Shown: positions 49,721 to 53,367 of the stretch, in pieces
How the letters are laid out: the number at the start of each line of letters is the position of its first letter
Numbering within the stretch: position 1 is the first letter of the stretch
Origin: Dehalococcoidia bacterium
GTDB taxonomy: Bacteria; Chloroflexota; Dehalococcoidia; DSTF01; JACRBR01
Direction: 5' to 3'
Length of the DNA stretch: 53,367 nucleotides
NCBI GenBank assembly: GCA_041494685.1
Contig: JBGQBE010000019.1
Location: 1-53,367 of the forward strand
Program-made: the position numbers and the translations under genes
The notes under the pieces: model-generated
What the model was told of the DNA's origin: nothing
Database searches by the model: none
What the model saw: only the letters and a program-made list of their open reading frames with translations

Positions 49721-50646
49721 CACTCTCCCTCTCCACCATGTGGGCGCAGCAGGACCGGTTCGTCGCGGACATGCACCTGTTCGTGCGCGAGACGCGCGCG
49801 CTCGGCTACGACGCCATCGAGATCAGCCACTCTACCGCCACCGCCCAGTTCGACCGCCTGCTCGCCTACCCCGGCGTCCCCATCTCCTCCATCCACGCGC
49901 CTGCCCCGCTCGCGCGCGACGCCGCCGGCAAGGCCAACAGCCACCTCAACCTCGCCTCCACCGACGAGGCCGAGCGCCGCGAAGCGATCGCGTACACGAA
50001 GGACAGCATCGACCACACGAAGCGCGCCGGCGGGCGCTACGTCGTCGTGCACCTCGGCGGCGTCGGCAACGCCATTTTCGACCCGGAACGCGAGCTGCGC
50101 CGCCTGTTCGACTCCGGCACACGCGACGGCGCCCACGTCGAAGAGCTGCGCGCGCGCTGCCACCAGCTCCGCGCGGAGCAGGCGGGGCCATGGATGGAGC
50201 AGGCGCACAAGACGGTGCGAGAGCTGGCGGCGCACGCCGAGTCGCGGGGCATCGCCATCGGCCTCGAGAACCGGCTGCACTACCACGAGATCCCGCAGCC
50301 GGCGGAGTGCGCCGAGTTGCTGGCCGGCATCGCGCCGGAGGTGGCGGGCTACTGGCACGACGTCGGACACGCGGAGGTGCAGTGGCGGCTGGGGCTGGTG
50401 GACAAGCGGCTCTGGCTCGACACGAACGGCCCGCGCTGCATCGGCTCGCACCTGCACGACGTCGACGGCATCGGCGACCACCGCGCGCCGGGCCGCGGCG
50501 ACGTGGAGTGGGACTACATCGCCGCCGGACTCCCGGCGACGGCGCTGCGGGTGTTCGAGATCAACCAGTCTCAGCCGGCGGAGGCGGTGGCGGCGGCGAT
50601 CCCGTTCCTGCGCGCGCGCGGCGTCATCGCAGAACCAAGAACCTAG
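49717..50646 (+). CDS. Sugar phosphate isomerase/epimerase (xylose isomerase-like TIM barrel)
   Basis: GYDAIEISH; SIHAP; GLENR; WHDVGHA; HLHDVDGIGDHRAPGRG; VFEIN. Confidence 0.87.
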   Translation: MTLSLSTMWAQQDRFVADMHLFVRETRALGYDAIEISHSTATAQFDRLLAYPGVPISSIHAPAPLARDAAGKANSHLNLASTDEAERREAIAYTKDSIDHTKRAGGRYVVVHLGGVGNAIFDPERELRRLFDSGTRDGAHVEELRARCHQLRAEQAGPWMEQAHKTVRELAAHAESRGIAIGLENRLHYHEIPQPAECAELLAGIAPEVAGYWHDVGHAEVQWRLGLVDKRLWLDTNGPRCIGSHLHDVDGIGDHRAPGRGDVEWDYIAAGLPATALRVFEINQSQPAEAVAAAIPFLRARGVIAEPRT

Positions 50647-50732
50647 CGCCAGCACGGACGGGATCCTCGGCTGTCGCTCCCCCGTTCATGGCTCTCGCTC
50701 CTCCATTCTCGGTTCTCGCCGCCGGCTTCCCA

Positions 50733-50760
50733 GGTTCTGGGTTCTTGGTTCTCGGTTCTG
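50733..50760. repeat. Heptamer tandem repeat GGTTCTN x4
   Basis: GGTTCTG GGTTCTT GGTTCTC GGTTCTG; reverse complement of the NAGAACC units at 50630 and 13776. Confidence 0.8.
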
Positions 50761-50770
50761 GCCGCCCCAC

Positions 50771-50835
50771 TTCGTGTCATATTGACACCAACTGGGGCCT
50801 GTGATAGCGTTATCTTAGTGTCATAGGGACACTAA
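50771..50835 (+). promoter_or_regulatory. Two NrtR-type operators flanking the nadA promoter
   Basis: 21-bp palindromes TTCGTGTCATATTGACACCAA (50771) and TTAGTGTCATAGGGACACTAA (50815) with GT-N7-AC core; TTGACA (50782)-N17-TAGCGT (50805). Confidence 0.82.
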
Positions 50836-50868
50836 CTACGCTGGTACCCGGCCAAGAAGGATCCCGCC

Positions 50869-52071
50869 ATGACGATGTTGCTCACCCGCACCCCGACGAA
50901 GCCGATCGGCGGCATCGCCTGCGAGAGCGACTCGATCGACACGGTGCCGCTGGAAGCGGAGCGCTCGTTCGCCTACTGGCAGCAGGACATCCCGCGCGAG
51001 TACTGGCAGCTCACCGCGGGCGAGCTGGCGCAGCGCATCGCGGCCGCGCGGCGCGTGCTGGGCACGCGGCTCGTCGTGCTGGGGCACCACTACCAGCGCG
51101 AAGATGTCATCGCGTTCGCCGACGTGCGCGGCGACAGCTTCAAGCTGTCGCAGTGGGCGGCGGAGCGGCCCGAGTCCGAGTACATCGTCTTCTGCGGCGT
51201 CCACTTCATGGCCGAAGCCGCCGACATCCTCAGCGCGCCGCACCAGCAGGTGATGCTGCCCAACATGGCCGCCGGCTGCAGCATGGCCGACATGGCCGAC
51301 CCCGACGACGTCTACAACGCCTGGGCGGAGCTCGAAGAACTGGGCATCGCGCAGGACACCATGCCGATCACGTACATGAACTCCGCGGCGGCGCTCAAGG
51401 CGTTCGTCGGCGAGCACGGCGGCGCGGTCTGCACGTCGAGCAACGCAGCGAAGGTGCTGGCGTGGGCGTTCGAGCGCAAGAAGCGCGTGCTCTTCTTCCC
51501 GGACCAGCACCTGGGCCGCAACACCGGCCACGCCATGGGCATCCCGCCGGAGCAGATGGTGCTGTGGGGCTGGGCGCGCCCGTACGGAAGCATGGGCGGT
51601 CAGACGCTGCAGGCGCTGCGGAACAGCCGCGTGATCCTGTGGGCGGGACACTGCTCGGTGCACCAGCGCTTCACCCCGCGCCAGATCGCCGAGGCGCGCG
51701 CGCAGCACCCGGACGTGCAGGTGATCGTGCACCCGGAGTGCCGGCTGGAGACGGTGCAGGCCGCCGACCTCAACGGCTCAACCGAGTTCATCGCGAAGAC
51801 GATCACGCAGGCGCCGGCCGGCAGCGTGTTCGCCGTCGGCACCGAGATCAACCTGGTGAGCCGGCTGGCGAAAGAGAACCCGGACAAGACGGTGTTCTGT
51901 CTGGACCCGGTGGTCTGCCCGTGCAGCACCATGTACCGCGTGCACCCGGCCTACCTGGCGTGGACCATCGAGTCGTTGGCGCAGGGCCGCGTCGTCAACC
52001 GCATCGAGGTGCCGCCGCAGATCGCGGCGAACGCGAAGCTCGCGCTCGACCGGATGCTGGCGATCACGTAG
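50869..52071 (+). CDS. nadA: Quinolinate synthase A
   Basis: LGHHYQR; FCGVHFMAE; AGCSMADM; TYMNS; CTSSNA; HCSVHQRF; HPEC; GTEINLV; CSTMYR. Confidence 0.97.
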   Translation: MTMLLTRTPTKPIGGIACESDSIDTVPLEAERSFAYWQQDIPREYWQLTAGELAQRIAAARRVLGTRLVVLGHHYQREDVIAFADVRGDSFKLSQWAAERPESEYIVFCGVHFMAEAADILSAPHQQVMLPNMAAGCSMADMADPDDVYNAWAELEELGIAQDTMPITYMNSAAALKAFVGEHGGAVCTSSNAAKVLAWAFERKKRVLFFPDQHLGRNTGHAMGIPPEQMVLWGWARPYGSMGGQTLQALRNSRVILWAGHCSVHQRFTPRQIAEARAQHPDVQVIVHPECRLETVQAADLNGSTEFIAKTITQAPAGSVFAVGTEINLVSRLAKENPDKTVFCLDPVVCPCSTMYRVHPAYLAWTIESLAQGRVVNRIEVPPQIAANAKLALDRMLAIT

Positions 52072-52282
52072 CCACGCGCCGCCGCCAGCGGCGGAACGCC
52101 ACGACCGTCCAGATCGCCTCCACCACGCCGAAGGGCCACGCGCCCTGCAGGAAGCCGTACGCCGACGACGCGGCGCACGCCACCGCGAACGCCAGCACGA
52201 AGGCCGGCGCGCGGTGCTCCAGCGCGTAGAAGATCAGCATCGCGCTGACCGCCGCAGCGCCGAAGATCGTCAACGTGTCCAT
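52064..52282 (-). CDS. Small membrane protein (72 aa)
   Basis: Three hydrophobic segments; YGFLQGAWPFGVVEAIW motif. Confidence 0.75.
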   Translation of the reverse strand: MDTLTIFGAAAVSAMLIFYALEHRAPAFVLAFAVACAASSAYGFLQGAWPFGVVEAIWTVVAFRRWRRRVAT

Positions 52283-52375
52283 CAGTGTCCCTTGCCGCCG
52301 GCACAGCGTCACCCCAGCCGGAGCCCATCGCTCTGCCGACCTAGCCCCCGTCCGTGCACCCAACTACCAACTGCG

Positions 52376-53367
52376 TCACACCGCGCCGCGCTCCCGCAGC
52401 ACGCCGATCTGCTCCCACGTATAGCCGAGCGACAGCAGCACCTCTTCGGTGTGCTGGCCCAGCTCCGGCGCGGCCGCCGCCGGGTGCATCGGCATCTCGC
52501 TGAAGCGCCACGGCATGCCGACGATCTGCGTCGGTCCGTTGGAGGGATGCTCCACCGTCACCAGGTACTCATTCTCCAGCGCCTGCGGGTCGATGATCAG
52601 GTCGGCGTAGTCGGCGACCGGCGCGCAGATCATGTCGTGCGCCTCCATCAGCGCCATCCACTCCGCCGTCGTCTTCGCCGCGAACTTTGGATCGATCACC
52701 TCGTACAGCGCGTCCAGGTTGTCCTTGCGCGCGCCGGCGTTCGCGAAGCGCGGATCGTGCTGCAGCTCCGGGATGCCGACGGCGGTGCAGAACGCCGGCC
52801 AGCGGTCGTCGCCGACGCCGCCGATGACGGCCCAGCCGTCGGCCGTGCGGAAGGTGCGCCAGATCGTCGGCAGGTAGGCGTGGCCGCGGCCGCTGCGCTT
52901 CTTGCGTCCGCTGAGGATGAAGTACTGCAGCTCCCACGCCTGCGCCGCGATCTGCGAGCCGAAGAGCGACGTCTCCACCTTCTGGCCCGCGCCCGTCGTC
53001 TCGCGCGCGTACAGCGCCGCCAGTATCGCGATCGCAAGGTCCCTCGACCCGCCGAAATCCGCGATGGCCACGCCCGCCGGCAGTGGCCCGCCGTCCGCCT
53101 CGCCCGTCATCGACATCAGCCCCCCGCGGGCCTGCGCGGCGATGTCGAACGCGGGGTGGTGGGCCTTCGGGCCGCGCGCGCCCCAGCCGGACGCGTGGGC
53201 GTAGATCAGGCGCTCGTTGAGCGGGCGCACGTCGTCGTAGCCCAGGCCCAGCTTCTCCATCGCGCCGGGGCGGAAGTTGTGGACCATGACGTCGGCGCCG
53301 GGCACCATGCGCCGCACGACCTCGCGCCCCTCTTCCGTCTTGAGGTTGATCGTGACGCTGCGCTTGC
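52376..53367 (-). CDS. CoA-transferase family III (CaiB/BaiF), 5' end outside the window
   Basis: KRSVTINL; ADVMVHNFRPG; AFDIAAQARGG; APELGQHTEEVL. Confidence 0.93.
   Translation of the reverse strand, partial: KRSVTINLKTEEGREVVRRMVPGADVMVHNFRPGAMEKLGLGYDDVRPLNERLIYAHASGWGARGPKAHHPAFDIAAQARGGLMSMTGEADGGPLPAGVAIADFGGSRDLAIAILAALYARETTGAGQKVETSLFGSQIAAQAWELQYFILSGRKKRSGRGHAYLPTIWRTFRTADGWAVIGGVGDDRWPAFCTAVGIPELQHDPRFANAGARKDNLDALYEVIDPKFAAKTTAEWMALMEAHDMICAPVADYADLIIDPQALENEYLVTVEHPSNGPTQIVGMPWRFSEMPMHPAAAAPELGQHTEEVLLSLGYTWEQIGVLRERGAV

Overview
High-GC bacterial chromosomal window, most likely Chloroflexota (Dehalococcoidia-like). That assignment is an inference from the archaeal-type motility ATPases, Gram-positive-type SOS boxes, small CxxC zinc-ribbon ORFs and many leaderless genes. 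In order it holds: a surface-polysaccharide cluster (1-11.6 kb, minus strand); housekeeping and catabolic genes (DUF3237, purQ, enoyl-CoA hydratase, nitroreductase); an AT-richer two-gene islet (hypothetical + XRE-HTH/ImmA peptidase); a signalling region (REC, NarL-type regulator, tRNA-Ser, a 1.4-kaa PAS/GAF/GGDEF/HD-GYP protein, a membrane GGDEF protein, an ECF sigma fused to a Zn-binding motif and a TM helix); an archaellum ATPase pair flaH-flaI without flaJ or archaellins; a thiolase/OB-fold pair; a stress/RNA-repair region (Usp, split MprF, aRF1-like release factor, rtcB, archease, MNT-HEPN toxin-antitoxin pair); nadA with two NrtR-type operators; and a partial CoA-transferase. Best candidates for new biology: (1) archaeal flaH/flaI apparently wired into a bacterial sigma28-type promoter set shared with c-di-GMP enzymes, plus a recurring TAGGG-N5-CCCTA-like palindrome upstream of the NarL cluster, the fla genes and the polysaccharide genes; (2) an unannotated small membrane protein behind a consensus sigma70 promoter overlapped by two LexA-type boxes; (3) an archease-RtcB-release factor module back to back with a HEPN RNase toxin-antitoxin pair. 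All calls come from reading motifs by eye; no database searches were run.
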